A DNA stretch of 64,000 nucleotides. Source: an uncultured Thermoleophilia bacterium (lineage in GTDB: Bacteria; Actinomycetota; Thermoleophilia; UBA2241). The notes under the pieces are model-generated. The model did no database searches. It saw only the letters and a list, made by a program, of their open reading frames with translations, and was not told the origin of the DNA. The first letter of the stretch is position 1, and every line of letters begins with the position of its first letter. Positions 8,513-18,984 of this stretch are shown piece by piece. Position numbers and translations under genes: made by a program. The stretch is taken from positions 166,937 through 230,936 of the forward strand of contig CAVYDV010000008.1 in assembly GCA_963767505.1 (NCBI GenBank). Direction: 5' to 3'.

Positions 8513-8980
8513 TCAGGGTTCGACGACGGGCAGGCGCTTGACGACGCTGAGCAGCTCCGGCCGACGGTCGTCTTCAGAGGCCATGAAGCCGTGGCTGCGG
8601 TAGAGCTCCAGCGACTGGCGGTCGGCCGGCGGCACGTGCGCGACCAGTCGATCGAGCCTGCGGTTCACGGCCAGCCCCTCGGCCCATTCGAGCAGTCGGT
8701 CGGCCACGTCGCTGTCTTCGAATCCGGGATTGACGCAGAGGCAGCGCAGGGCGAGTCCGGTCTCTTCGCCCTCCACGGCCATGAACCCGGCGATCTCAGC
8801 CTCGATCTCGCCGACGAAGACGTCGGCGCGGTCGAGCAGATTGAGGAGCTCCGAGGCGTGGTAGCGCTCGGGGTGGCCGGCTCCGGTCGCCAGCGGATGC
8901 AGCGTCTCCTCGGCGAGCAGCAGAAGCATACTGCGGTCGGCGTCGAGAGCGCTGCGGATGTCGCACTTGGCATTGTGCAT
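8513..8980 (-). CDS. GNAT-family N-acetyltransferase
   Basis: Track ORF, 155 aa, intact. The GFMAVEGEE...LRCLCVNPGFEDSDVADRLLEWAE...LYRSHGF pattern matches the GNAT fold. GGGAGG lies upstream of the ATG. Confidence 0.75.
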   Translation of the reverse strand: MHNAKCDIRSALDADRSMLLLLAEETLHPLATGAGHPERYHASELLNLLDRADVFVGEIEAEIAGFMAVEGEETGLALRCLCVNPGFEDSDVADRLLEWAEGLAVNRRLDRLVAHVPPADRQSLELYRSHGFMASEDDRRPELLSVVKRLPVVEP

Positions 8981-9007
8981 GATCGCCTCCCGTGGTGACG
9001 TGGACCG

Positions 9008-9850
9008 TTACGTCGGGAAAGAGCCGAACACCTTGACCCAGGGCAGCTTGCAGGCCAGGCACTTGAGCGCCTGCTCAATAGCCGGGTCGGTGAGACGGCC
9101 CTCCATGTCGAGAAAGAACATGTACTTGCCGAGGCCCTCTCGCGACGGCCGCGACTCCACTCTCGTGAGGTTCACGTAGCGGTGGGCGAACTCCGAGAGG
9201 ATGAGGAGCAGGCTGCCAGGCTGATCGGCGCCGATCGTGCAGACGAGGCTCGTCTTGTAGCGCGCCTCGAGGTCCTGTGGCGCCGTCTCCTTGCTGAGGT
9301 AGACGAAGCGCGTCTGGTTCTCGGCGGAGTCCTCGATGTCGTCGCGCAGCACGAGGCATTCGTACATCTCCGCGGCCAGCTTCGTCCCGATCGCCGCCCA
9401 CGGGCGATCGACGCGACTCACCGTCCGCACGGCGTCGGCCGTCGAGTTGGCGGCCTCGTGCTCGACGCCGGGGAGGTGCTCGTCGAGGAACTGGCGGCAC
9501 TGACCGTAGGCGTGCGGATGGCTGATGACCTTGGTGATCCTCGCCAGGTCCATCGGCGCTCGCGTGATGAGCTGGTGGCGGATCGGATGCACCGCCTCGC
9601 GCACGATGAAGAGATCGTCGAAGTCGAACGCCAGGAGGTCGAGGGTCAGGGCCACAGAGCCCTCGAGGGAGTTCTCGATGGGGACGATGCCAAGCGCCGC
9701 CTCACCGTCGCGCACGGCGAGCATGACTTCGCGGATCGAGGGGTGAGGGAAGGGGATCAACCCCTCGTCCGGCGGATCGGCCAGGAGGGCTTCCTCGGTG
9801 AACGTCCCCTCGGGTCCGAGGAAGGCTACCCGCTTGCTCCCTGCCGCCAA
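9008..9850 (-). CDS. pheA: Prephenate dehydratase
   Basis: Within track ORF 9008..10009(-): VAFLGPEGTFTEEA...PIENSLEGSV...TRF...ESRPS and a C-terminal ACT domain. I prefer the TTG start at 9850 (GGGAGA 5 nt upstream), because the longer ORF would overlap the upstream gene. The start is uncertain. Confidence 0.85.
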   Translation of the reverse strand: MAAGSKRVAFLGPEGTFTEEALLADPPDEGLIPFPHPSIREVMLAVRDGEAALGIVPIENSLEGSVALTLDLLAFDFDDLFIVREAVHPIRHQLITRAPMDLARITKVISHPHAYGQCRQFLDEHLPGVEHEAANSTADAVRTVSRVDRPWAAIGTKLAAEMYECLVLRDDIEDSAENQTRFVYLSKETAPQDLEARYKTSLVCTIGADQPGSLLLILSEFAHRYVNLTRVESRPSREGLGKYMFFLDMEGRLTDPAIEQALKCLACKLPWVKVFGSFPT

Positions 9851-9896
9851 CTCGTCTCCCGCGCTCGCCGCCTGATTCCCGTGCGTGCCAAGGGTA

Positions 9897-10565
9897 TCAG
9901 GTGCCCGGGCGGTCGTCGCCGTCCTCGCGCCGTGGACCCTCCGGGCGCGACGCAGGCCCACCGGCGAGGCGCTCGAATGCCGCTCGTTGGGACGGGGAAC
10001 CGCCGGCATAGCGAGCTTCCGGCGGCGATGGCGGAGGCTCGGCCGGCCTAGGCTCGTCGAGCTGGAGAACGCCCTCGAGGGGTCGAGGCACCGCGGCGGC
10101 GATCACCTCCTGCTCTTCCGGTGAGAGATCGCGGTCGGCGACCCCCTCGCGCAGGTACTTCACGTACACGCGGGCGAAGTCGCGCGCGGCGATCGTGCTG
10201 ACCACGACTCCGGAACGGTGATCGTCGAGCAGCGCGAGCGAGGCGCTCTGCTCGCCTCCGGCGTCACGGAAGGCGTCGTAGCGCACGATGGCCCGGTGGG
10301 TGATGGTGTGATCGAGTCGGGCTCGCTGGTCTCGCAGGTCGCCGGTGAGAGCCTCGACTGCCTCGCGCATGTCGCCCACCTGCGAGTCGAGGCTGACTAC
10401 GTGGGCGACGACGTCGGTCTGTTCGTGCTGCCCGAGGACGAGGGTCTGCGCGCGGCGCAACCGGCGGATGCTGATCCAGAGCGCGATGACGGCGACGAGC
10501 AGGATGAGCGCGAGGGCGACACCGGCCAAGGCTGCGTACGGAGCGATGTCGCGCAGGGCGTCCAT
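9897..10565 (-). CDS. DUF4446-like membrane-anchored protein
   Basis: Track ORF, 222 aa. It has an N-terminal TM helix followed by AIVRYDAFRDAGGEQSASLALLDDHRSGVVVSTI..RDFARVYVK, a pattern I associate with DUF4446 of Actinomycetota and Firmicutes. Confidence 0.65.
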   Translation of the reverse strand: MDALRDIAPYAALAGVALALILLVAVIALWISIRRLRRAQTLVLGQHEQTDVVAHVVSLDSQVGDMREAVEALTGDLRDQRARLDHTITHRAIVRYDAFRDAGGEQSASLALLDDHRSGVVVSTIAARDFARVYVKYLREGVADRDLSPEEQEVIAAAVPRPLEGVLQLDEPRPAEPPPSPPEARYAGGSPSQRAAFERLAGGPASRPEGPRREDGDDRPGT

Positions 10566-10571
10566 GCCCGG

Positions 10572-11669
10572 CTACTCGAGCTTGAACTGGATCTTGTAGG
10601 AGCCGGAGTTGTTGGTCGCCACGCGTTCACCGGGCACGGGGCCGGCAGTCAACTTGAGGGTCGAGACCTTGCCGCTGAGAGCTTCGGCGGGGATGTTGAA
10701 CCCCGTGAGGGCGGCGCTCTGGGTCTGGCCTGCGGTGATGGTCTCGATGGCGGTCGTTCGCGTGAGTACCTCGCCTCCCGAAATCGTGAGCTCTCCCTTG
10801 ACGGTGACGTTCTCCTCGGTGACGCTTCCCTGATTCATCACGCTGACGTCGAAGCCGAGGTCTGGGGTGGCCGCGATCTCGGTGGTCTTGCCGCTCTGCA
10901 GTCCCACATCCTTGGGCTGCACGGCCACGCCGACGAGCGCGACGCCGTGGGTTCCGGAGAGCTTGGTGGACTTGCCGACGCTGCTCAGCATGGTCTCGAT
11001 GGTCGCGCGGTCGAAGGGCCTCCACGTGAGGTAGTACGTGGCGGTGGGTACCGGCACGTCCGAGACGCCCTCCTCGCTCATGACGTTGCGCGTCTGCGTG
11101 TAGAAGCGGCTCATGTAGTACGCATCCGGACCGGAGAAGTAGCCCCCGAGCGCGGCGACTTCCCCAGGGCGGACCGTCTCGTTGTCGAGACTGGCGAGCA
11201 GCACGGCCTGTAACTGCTTGAAGCCCTCGGCGCGCACTCTCATGCCTTCGACGAAGACGGCCTGCTCGGTGCTGAGGGTGCTGGGCGGTTCGAAGCCCTC
11301 GGCGCGCGCGGCGATCTCGTTCTGCATGACCATCAGCTCATCCAGCTTGGCGACGAACTCCTTGCGGGAGAACTTGGTGGGGTTGGTGAAGATCTGGTTG
11401 AGCTGCTTGCCGAGCGTAGCGGAATCCTCGATCGCCGCGGAGACGCCTTCGAGGTAGGTCCGGTACGCGTCGACCTTGCGGCTCTGCTGGCAGCTCCGCG
11501 CTCCCCAGGCCAGCGCGAACACGATCACGAAGAGGATGATCGCCAGGATGGCGATGCGCTGCCTGCGTGTGCGCTTGCGATCGGGGCGGCGGCGCTGGCG
11601 GGGGGGAGGAGTCGAGCCGGTGGACTCTGGCGGGGAGCTTCCGGGGGTGCCGGTCTCGGGACGATCCAC
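10572..11669 (-). CDS. Membrane-anchored hypothetical protein with a C-terminal CARDB/Ig-like beta domain
   Basis: Track ORF, 365 aa, GTG start, intact. It has a basic N-terminus and a TM helix (IAILAIILFVIVFALAW). The C-terminal 110 aa are beta-rich (DVSVMNQGSVTEENVTVKGELTISGG...). The domain call is tentative. Confidence 0.6.
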   Translation of the reverse strand: MDRPETGTPGSSPPESTGSTPPPRQRRRPDRKRTRRQRIAILAIILFVIVFALAWGARSCQQSRKVDAYRTYLEGVSAAIEDSATLGKQLNQIFTNPTKFSRKEFVAKLDELMVMQNEIAARAEGFEPPSTLSTEQAVFVEGMRVRAEGFKQLQAVLLASLDNETVRPGEVAALGGYFSGPDAYYMSRFYTQTRNVMSEEGVSDVPVPTATYYLTWRPFDRATIETMLSSVGKSTKLSGTHGVALVGVAVQPKDVGLQSGKTTEIAATPDLGFDVSVMNQGSVTEENVTVKGELTISGGEVLTRTTAIETITAGQTQSAALTGFNIPAEALSGKVSTLKLTAGPVPGERVATNNSGSYKIQFKLE

Positions 11670-11696
11670 TCGGCGGACTCCTGTTCACTATGAGAC

Positions 11697-11783
11697 TGGT
11701 GGGCGAGGCGGGACTTGAACCCGCATGCACGTAAGTGCACTAGACCCTGAACCTAGCGCGTCTGCCAATTCCGCCACTCGCCC
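11697..11783 (-). tRNA. tRNA-Leu (anticodon CAG), long variable arm, CCA encoded
   Basis: The reverse complement is GGGCGAGTGGCGGAATTGGCAGACGCGCTAGGTTCAGGGTCTAGTGCACTTACGTGCATGCGGGTTCAAGTCCCGCCTCGCCCACCA. The anticodon loop is TTCAGGG. Confidence 0.95.
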
Positions 11784-11853
11784 AGCGCTCGTACAGGGAT
11801 GGGATTGTACCACACCGAATATCGAGGAAACCGAAAGTGATCGGACCCTCTCC

Positions 11854-13554
11854 ATGGCCGTCGCAGCCCAAAGTACAGCACCTCTGAACGCCGACTGGCG
11901 CGAGCGCTACGAACTGATCGAGAAGATCGGGAGCGGCGGGTTCGCCCACGTCTACGAAGCCTTCGACCTGACCCTCGGGCGGCGCGTGGCGGTGAAGATC
12001 GTGCCGGAGGGGCGCGACATGTCGGCTCGCGTCCTGCGCGAGGTGCAGGCCGCGGCCGCTCTGACTCACCCGAATATCGTCGCCCTGTACGACTGGTTCG
12101 GTGACGGGGAGCGCAGCTTCATCGTCTGGGAGCTCGTCGAGGGCGACTCTCTGGACCACCTGTCCAAGGGGCTGAACGACGCCGACGTGGTCGCGGTGGG
12201 CGCCGAGCTTCTGGAGGCGCTCGCCTTCGCACACAGCCAGGGCATCGTGCATCGCGACATCAAGCCGCAGAACGTGATGCTCGATCACGAGGGACACGTC
12301 AAGGTGATGGACTTCGGCATCGCCCTCCTCCTCGATGCCGATACGCTCACCCACGACGGCGACGTCGTCGGCACGGTGGCCTACATGTCGCCCGAGCAGG
12401 CCGCCGGACGCCGTGTCGGGACGCCCAGCGACGTGTACTCGTCGGGCATGATGCTCTACGAGTTGCTCGCCGGAGAGCATCCCCTGCGCGGGGAGACGCC
12501 GGCCGAGACGCTGGCGAACGTTGCCGCGGCGCGCCTGCCGTCCATGGCCGACCTGCGGCCAGACCTGCCGGACGATCTCATCGATCTGATCGGCGACGCC
12601 TGCGCCGCTCGCCCCGCGGATCGTCCCACGGCGGCCGAGTTCTCGGAAGAGCTGCGAGAGATCCTCGAGAGCGGCAGTCTGTACGCCCGCCGCTGGCGGC
12701 GGGTGCAAGGGCTCACGCGGCCACTCACGCGGGTCGGCGCGAACGCCGAGCGTGTCGGCGGCGCCGCCCTCGCGACGGTGGGCGCAGGCGTCGTCCTCCA
12801 GTCCCTGCCGGCCTATCCGCAGAGCTGGACGCTGCCGCTCCTGGCGATCGGCGCCGCGACCTGGGTCGTCGCGCCGCGGCTGGGTCTGGCCTGGCTGCTC
12901 GGGATGCTCGCCTTTCCCCTGTTCAACGTGTCGTCGAGCGTGGGGGTGACGTATCTGGTGCTCGCGCTGGCGGCGTTTCTGCTGGCCGGCTCGCGGCCTG
13001 TGGTCGTGGTATGGCCGGTGCTCGCGCTGGTGCTCGCACCGCTGTACCTCACCCTGTTGGCGCCCGCCGCGGCCGTCGTTCTCGGCCGCGTGCGCGGCCC
13101 CATCGCGGCCGCGTGGGCCGGCGTCGCCACGCTTCTGTACCTCATGCTGGTGCGCGACCCCGGACCGTTCAGCCAGTACGAGGCACGCCCCGCGCTGGCC
13201 AGGATCCTCTCCCGGGAGGGCGATCCGCTCGCCGTCGCGTCTCTTCTGTTCGAGGTCGTCATCTCGCCCGCCGGTCTTCTCCAGATGGCCGTCTGGGCGG
13301 GTTTGGCCGCGGTGCTGGGCCTCGCCTTCGCCCAGCGCTCTCTCGAGCGCCGCTTCTGGCTCTGGGCGCTGGGCTTCTCCGGCGTGTACCTGGCCTATAC
13401 CGTCGTGCCCGCCGTCGCGTGGGACACAGTCGTGTCCCTGACGACGGCGCTGCTCAGCGTGGTCGCGGCAGCCTGCGTGATACTCTTGCCGTTGGCGCTG
13501 TGGGCGGGCAGCCGGCCGGAGGAGCCAGACGATGAGCATCTTCAAGGGGATTGA
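11854..13554 (+). CDS. Ser/Thr protein kinase fused to a polytopic (about 8 TM) C-terminal membrane domain
   Basis: Within track ORF 11725..13554, starting at ATG 11854 and clear of tRNA-Leu. Hanks motifs are present: GSGGFAHVY, VAVK, HRDIKPQN, DFG, SPEQ. The C-terminal 280 aa is a series of hydrophobic helices. There are no frame breaks. The 3' end overlaps the fhaA start by 23 nt. Confidence 0.9.
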   Translation: MAVAAQSTAPLNADWRERYELIEKIGSGGFAHVYEAFDLTLGRRVAVKIVPEGRDMSARVLREVQAAAALTHPNIVALYDWFGDGERSFIVWELVEGDSLDHLSKGLNDADVVAVGAELLEALAFAHSQGIVHRDIKPQNVMLDHEGHVKVMDFGIALLLDADTLTHDGDVVGTVAYMSPEQAAGRRVGTPSDVYSSGMMLYELLAGEHPLRGETPAETLANVAAARLPSMADLRPDLPDDLIDLIGDACAARPADRPTAAEFSEELREILESGSLYARRWRRVQGLTRPLTRVGANAERVGGAALATVGAGVVLQSLPAYPQSWTLPLLAIGAATWVVAPRLGLAWLLGMLAFPLFNVSSSVGVTYLVLALAAFLLAGSRPVVVVWPVLALVLAPLYLTLLAPAAAVVLGRVRGPIAAAWAGVATLLYLMLVRDPGPFSQYEARPALARILSREGDPLAVASLLFEVVISPAGLLQMAVWAGLAAVLGLAFAQRSLERRFWLWALGFSGVYLAYTVVPAVAWDTVVSLTTALLSVVAAACVILLPLALWAGSRPEEPDDEHLQGD

Positions 13555-14349
13555 GAACAAGCTGGAAGGCCTGGTCGAGGGTGGCTTCGGGCGCGCCTTC
13601 AAGGCGAGCGTGCAGCCGGTCGAGTTGGCCCACAAGCTCGCCAAGGAGATGGGCGATCACAAGAGAGTGGGCGTCGCCAACGTCTACGTGCCCAACGAGT
13701 TCGACATCTATCTTGGGCGAGACGACCACAAGCAGCTCTCGTCTTACGCCGATTCGCTGAAAGAGGAGCTCTCCAGCTACGTCATCGCGTTCGCGCGACG
13801 CGAAGGCTGGACTCTCGTCGCGCCACCGCGCATCGACCTGCACGAGGACGGTGACTTGCACCTGGGCGAGTTCGGCATCGGCACGCGCACGGTGAGTGAG
13901 CCGCCGGCCGCTGAGTCTGCCCCCGCGCCGCCGTCCGCCGAGCTGCCCCCGCGCCGCCCGTAGCGCCCGCGGCCGCCGCCGCCGCGGCAGCCGGGCCTGC
14001 GATCGACCAGACCGTGCTCTACCAGGGAGCGCGACCGCCGGCCGCCCCGGTGCCGCCTGGCCCGGGAGCCTTGCGCGCGGTGCTGCGCGGCCCCCAGGGC
14101 CAGTGGGAGCTGCACGACGCCGTGACGGTGATCGGGCGCAGTCGCCGCTGCGACATCGTCGTGGACGATCCCAATGTCTCTCGGCAGCATGCCGAGCTGC
14201 GCAGTCAGAACGACGGCTACATGCTGCGCGACCTGGACTCCACCAACGGGGTGCGCGTGAACCGCCGCCCGGTCAAGCAGGCCGTGCTGCAGCACGGCGA
14301 TCGAATCGAGATGGGCTCGACTGAGCTAGTCTTCGAGAGGCTGCTGTGA
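13532..14349 (+). CDS. fhaA: FhaA-type protein (DUF3662 N-domain + C-terminal FHA domain); one apparent frameshift in the Pro/Ala linker (about 13940-14010)
   Basis: Track ORF 13532..13963 (MSIFKGIENKLEGLVEGGFGRAF...VYVPNEFDIYL) joins ORF 14014..14349 (VTVIGRSRRCDIVVDDPNVSRQHAEL...LRDLDSTNGVRVN). Confidence 0.85.
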
Positions 14350-14412
14350 GGCGAGGTTCGAGGTGAGCGCGGCGTGCGCGCAGGTTGCGCGCGCGGCGCG
14401 CGGGAGTCGCCG

Positions 14413-14961
14413 GTGATCGACATCGATATCGTCTTGCTGATCCTCAAGATCGGCATCGTCGTGCTCCTCTACATCTTCATCTGGAGACTCGTGAGAGCGG
14501 CGGTCGGCAATGTCAGGGGAGAGGTCGGCGCAGCGTCGGCTCCCGATGTCGCCCTTCCGGCGGCGGCGCCGGCGATGGTGCCGTTCACGCCCGAGGAGCG
14601 CGAGACCCGGCGGGAGCAGCGGGCCAGCGACCGCTCGATGGACGGCGAGAGCTTGGATTTCCGGACACACATCGACCCGAGACTGGTCGTCGAGCAGAGT
14701 CCCATCGTGCCCGCCGGCGTGGTCTTTCCGCTCGAGGGATGGATCACGGTGGGGCGTGCGGCCTCAAGCAACATACTGCTCGATGAGGACTTCGTCTCCG
14801 GTGCTCACGCTCGTCTTGTGCCGCGGGGGCAGTTCTACTTCGTCGAGGACCTGGGCAGCACCAACGGCACGTTCGTCAACGACAGGCGGGTGACAGAAGC
14901 TCAGCTGAAGTACGAGAGCCGGCTGCGCATCGGCGAGACCGTCTTCCGCTACGAGGAGTGA
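14413..14961 (+). CDS. fhaB: FhaB/FipA-type membrane-anchored FHA-domain protein
   Basis: Within track ORF 14374..14961. The GTG start at 14413 has GGGAG 5 nt upstream. It has an N-terminal TM helix and a C-terminal FHA domain (ITVGRAASSNILLDEDFVSGAHARL...VEDLGSTNGTFVN). Confidence 0.85.
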   Translation: MIDIDIVLLILKIGIVVLLYIFIWRLVRAAVGNVRGEVGAASAPDVALPAAAPAMVPFTPEERETRREQRASDRSMDGESLDFRTHIDPRLVVEQSPIVPAGVVFPLEGWITVGRAASSNILLDEDFVSGAHARLVPRGQFYFVEDLGSTNGTFVNDRRVTEAQLKYESRLRIGETVFRYEE

Positions 14962-14968
14962 TCCCGCG

Positions 14969-16131
14969 GTGACGCTTGTCGCCCGACACAGCGCGCTGAG
15001 CGATATCGGCCTCCGCCGCAAGACGAACGAGGACACCTTCGTTGCGGCCCCGCCCCTCTTCGCCGTCTGCGACGGAATGGGTGGCGCGCAGGCCGGCGAG
15101 GTCGCCAGTCGACTCGCCGCCGAGGCGCTCACCGCCGGTGTCGCCAACGGATCGACGCTGCTGGTCGCCGCGGACCAGGCCAACGCCGTGGTGTTCGCCC
15201 GCGCCGGCGAAGACGAAGGTCACACCGGCATGGGCACGACGCTCACCGCGGCGCTGCTCGAGGAGGACACGGGCCACTTCGTGCACATCGGCGACAGCCG
15301 GGCCTACCTGCTACGCGACGGAGAGCTCACGCAGGTGAGCGAGGACCATTCGCTGGTCGCCGAGATGGTGCGCGACGGGCGGCTTACCGAGGAGGAAGCG
15401 GCCGCTCACCCTCACCGCAGCGTTCTGAGTCGGGCACTGGGCACGGATGAGTCGGTGGACCTCGACGAGTTCGCCGTCGACCTGCGCCCGGGCGACGTTC
15501 TGCTGCTGTGCAGCGATGGGCTCAGCGGCCCCGTGACCGATCGGGCCATCGCTGAGGCGCTCGGCCTCGAGGATCCCGATGAGGCGGTCGCGACGCTGAT
15601 CGCCGAGGCGCGCCGGCACGGGGGGCCAGACAACATCACCGCGATCGTGCTGCGCTTCGAGGAAGGACCCGCCGCGGCGAGTCTGGAGTGGCGCTCGGCG
15701 ACGAGGCTGCCGAGGGTCCGGCTGAAGACGGGCAGAATCCGGACGGCGGGCTTGCCGCCGACGCGGATGAGCCCGGGGCCGCTGCCGCTCCGGCGCAGTC
15801 GTCGAAGGAGTCCGCCGGGGATGCGAGCAAGGCAGGCGCCCGGCGTCTCGGCTGTCTCGCCGGCCTCCTGGCGCTCCTGGTCGGCGCCGGTCTCGTGGGC
15901 GCCGTAGTCCTCAGTTCGGTGTTCTACGTGTCCGTGGACGAGGACAGACTGACGCTCTACAGCGGGGTACCGGTCGAGGTGGGTCCCGTGCCGCTGCACG
16001 TCGTCTATCGCTCGAGTTCGCGTACGTACACGTCGCTGACCGACGCTCAGCGAGAGCTCGTGGACGGACGCGACCTGATGAGCAAGGACAGCGCTCTCGA
16101 TCTTGCCCGCGACCTGGAGATGTGGCAGTGA
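14969..16131 (+). CDS. pstP: PP2C-family Ser/Thr phosphatase with C-terminal TM segment (PstP-type); one apparent frameshift near 15690
   Basis: Track ORF 14969..15907 (SDIGLRRKTNEDTF...CDGMGG...DNITAIVL) joins ORF 15688..16131 (TM helix LAGLLALLVGAGLVGAVVL and an extracellular tail). Confidence 0.9.
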
Positions 16132-17465
16132 GCAGGCGCAACACCGAGCTCGTCTTTCTGGCTGTCGCCGGGGCCATCAGCACCATGGCCTACGTGTCCG
16201 TCTACGCCGGGCGCTATCGGGAGATCAGCCGGGTGTCGCTCGTCTACGGGCTGGTCTTCGCGGCGATCTTCCTCGGCCTGCACCTGCTCGTGCGTTTCGT
16301 GCTTCCGCAGGCCGACGCCTTCCTTCTGCCCATCACCGCGCTGCTGGCGGCCGTCGGCCTCGCGGAGATCTTCCGCATCCGTCCGGCCCTCGCCCTCCTT
16401 CAGGGGCAGTGGCTGCTGGTCGGCGCCGGCCTGTTCGTCATCACCGTGCTCCTGGTCCGCGACTACATGAGGCTCGATCGCTACCGCTACATCATGGGGG
16501 CGCTGGGGCTTGCGCTCCTGGTCATCACCATCGCTGCTGGGGACCACCATCAACGGCGCCAAGCTGTGGATCCACGCCTTCGGCTTCTCCATCCAGCCGT
16601 CGGAGTTCGCGAAGCTGGCCATCGTCATCTTCCTTGCCGGCTATCTCAACGACAAGAAGATGCTCCTCTCGGTGCCCACGCGGCATGTGCTCGGCGTGCC
16701 CGTGCCGGCGACCAAGTACTTCGGACCTCTTCTCGTCATGTGGGTGCTGTCGCTGGCGATGCTGGTGTTCATGAAGGACTTCGGCATGTCGCTGCTCTTC
16801 ATGGCGATCTTCGTCTCGCTGATGTACATGGCGACGGCGCGCATCGTGTACGTCGTGCTGGGCGGAGGCTTGTTCCTGGTCGCCGCCGCCATCTCGGTCG
16901 CCGTCGTGCCGCATGTGCAGGATCGCTTCGGCGTGTGGCTGGACCCCTGGCCGTACGCGACGACCACCGGGTACCAGCTGCTGCAGTCGCTGTTCACGAT
17001 CGCCGACGGCGGCGTCCTCGGGGCGGGGTTCGGCCGGGGCTTTCTGCTGTACGCGAACCGGCAGCCGGTGGTCCCCGACCTGCAGACGGACTTCATCTTC
17101 GCCGCCATCGCCAACGAGATGGGCCTGCTCGGCGCGATCGGCGTCGTGCTTCTCTTCCTGCTCTTCATCTGGCGCGGCTTCCGCATCGCGGTCGGCGCAC
17201 CGGATGGCTTCTCGAAGCTGCTGGCCGGCGGACTCGCCGTCGCCTTCGGACTGCAGACCTTCATCATCCTCGGCGGCGTGACCCGCATGATCCCGCTGAC
17301 CGGCATCACCCTGCCCTTCGTGAGCTACGGCGGCAGCTCAATCACGGCGAATCTCATGCTCGTCGCCCTGCTGCTCATGGTCTCGCACCGCTCTCACGTT
17401 GTGCGCGAGGGCGACGGAGCTCGAGCGCCGGCGGCTGGCGGGGAGAGGGTAGGGGGTCGGGGTGA
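16122..17465 (+). CDS. rodA: SEDS-family peptidoglycan glycosyltransferase (RodA/FtsW); frameshift near 16535 and possibly a second near the 3' end
   Basis: The N-terminal 138 aa are in track ORF 16122..17465. The core (TTINGAKLWIHAFGFSIQPSEFAKL...PDLQTDFIFAAIANEMG...LPFVSYGGSS) is in ORF 16510..17868. The likely start is a GTG overlapping the pstP stop (GTGA, 16128-16131). The stop at 17463-17465 overlaps the pbpA GTG (GTGA), but the C-terminal frame is unresolved. Confidence 0.9.
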   Translation: MAVSRRNTELVFLAVAGAISTMAYVSVYAGRYREISRVSLVYGLVFAAIFLGLHLLVRFVLPQADAFLLPITALLAAVGLAEIFRIRPALALLQGQWLLVGAGLFVITVLLVRDYMRLDRYRYIMGALGLALLVITIAAGDHHQRRQAVDPRLRLLHPAVGVREAGHRHLPCRLSQRQEDAPLGAHAACARRARAGDQVLRTSSRHVGAVAGDAGVHEGLRHVAALHGDLRLADVHGDGAHRVRRAGRRLVPGRRRHLGRRRAACAGSLRRVAGPLAVRDDHRVPAAAVAVHDRRRRRPRGGVRPGLSAVREPAAGGPRPADGLHLRRHRQRDGPARRDRRRASLPALHLARLPHRGRRTGWLLEAAGRRTRRRLRTADLHHPRRRDPHDPADRHHPALRELRRQLNHGESHARRPAAHGLAPLSRCARGRRSSSAGGWRGEGRGSG

Positions 17466-18984
17466 ACAAGGCCATCTCGCGACTCTTCATGGTCGGCGTC
17501 GTGTTGTTCCTGGCGCTGATCGTGAACCTGACCTGGATCATGGTCGTGCGCGCCGACTGGTATGCCGACCGACCCGAGAACAAGCAGAATCTCGCCAAGG
17601 AGCTCAGAATCGAGAGAGGCGACATCACCGGGTTCGATGGGTCGGTCATCGCCAGCTCGCGGCGACGCTCCGGCTACTACCAGCGCGAGTACCCCCAGGG
17701 CACCGTGGCTCCGCAGCTGGTCGGCTACGACAGCGCGCAGTACGGGCGCAGCGGCCTCGAGCGGCAGTACAACGACGAGCTCACCGGCCAGACCGGGGCG
17801 CTAGGGCTGGAGAACTGGGCCGACTGGGTGCTGGGGCGAAAGCCGGTGGGCGCCGACGTGCGAGCTGACGCTGGTCCCGGCGGTGCAGAAGGCGGCTCAG
17901 CAGGGGCTCAGGGGAAAGAAGGGCGCGATCGTGGCCCTCGACCCGAAGACGGGAGCGTTGATCGCCTCCGCTTCGGCCCCCACCTACGACCCGGCGCGCC
18001 TCGAAGACACGTGGCAGCGGCTCAGCCAGGACGCGGAGGCTCCGCTGCTGAATCGGCCGACGCAGGGGCTCTACGCGCCGGGCTCGTCGTTCAAGGTCGT
18101 CACATCCGCGTCTGGTATCTGGAGACGGCAAGGTGACTCCGGACACCGAGTTCATCGATACCGGAACCTACGTCGTCTTCGGCGGCAAGGTCACGAACTA
18201 CGGCGACGCCGTCTTCGGCGCCCACGACTTCTCGACGGCCCTCACGTACTCCATCAACACGACCTTCGGCAAGGTGGGCAACAAGCCTCGGGCGCAAGCG
18301 CCTCACGGCCTCGATGCAGGGCTTCGGGTTCTACGAGGTGCCGCCTCTCGCTCTGCCCAAGGGCGAGGTGGTGGCCAGCGGACGCTATGGAGAGGATGGG
18401 CTGCTCGCGCCCGACGCGTTCATGGATCCCCTGGCCGTCGCCTGGGCGGCATGTGGGCAGGAGCAGGTCCTGGCCACGCCGTCTGCAGATGGCGCTCGTC
18501 GCCGGCGCCGTGGCCAACGGTGGGCGTGTGATGAGGCCGTACGTGATGGAGGAGATCGTGTCGCCGTCGGGCGAGACGCTGCAGAAGGCATCGCCGGAGG
18601 AGTGGCTCACCGCCATGGAGCCCGCGACCGCTGCTACGCTGACCACCATGATGCAGCGGGTGGTCTCCTCGGGGACGGGCACTGCGGCGGCGCTCGAGGG
18701 CATCGCGGTCGCCGGCAAGAGCGGGACCGCGGAGCGAGGGGACGGGACGAATCTGGCCTGGTTCATCGCCTTCGCGCCGGCCGAGCGACCCCACGGTCGC
18801 CGTAGCGGTCGTGGTCGAGGACAGCCTGTCGACCGGCGGGGAGACGGCTGCGCCGCTCGCCGCCGCCGTGCTCAGGGAGGCTCTGGCGCAGGCGGCTCTG
18901 CCCGTGAGGCGCAGACGGCAAGGGAGGGCATCGGGCGAGTCGACGGTCTGCCAGGCGAGAGGGAGAGAAGGTGACGAGTCGTGA
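17462..18984 (+). CDS. pbpA: Class B penicillin-binding protein / transpeptidase (PbpA-type); about 5 apparent frameshifts
   Basis: Assembled from track ORFs 17462..18136, 17883..18974, 18133..18531 and 18314..18805. Motifs are GSSFKV (SxxK), YSINT (SxN) and KSGTAE (KTG-like). The stop in the last frame overlaps the pknB GTG (GTGA, 18981-18984). Confidence 0.9.
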
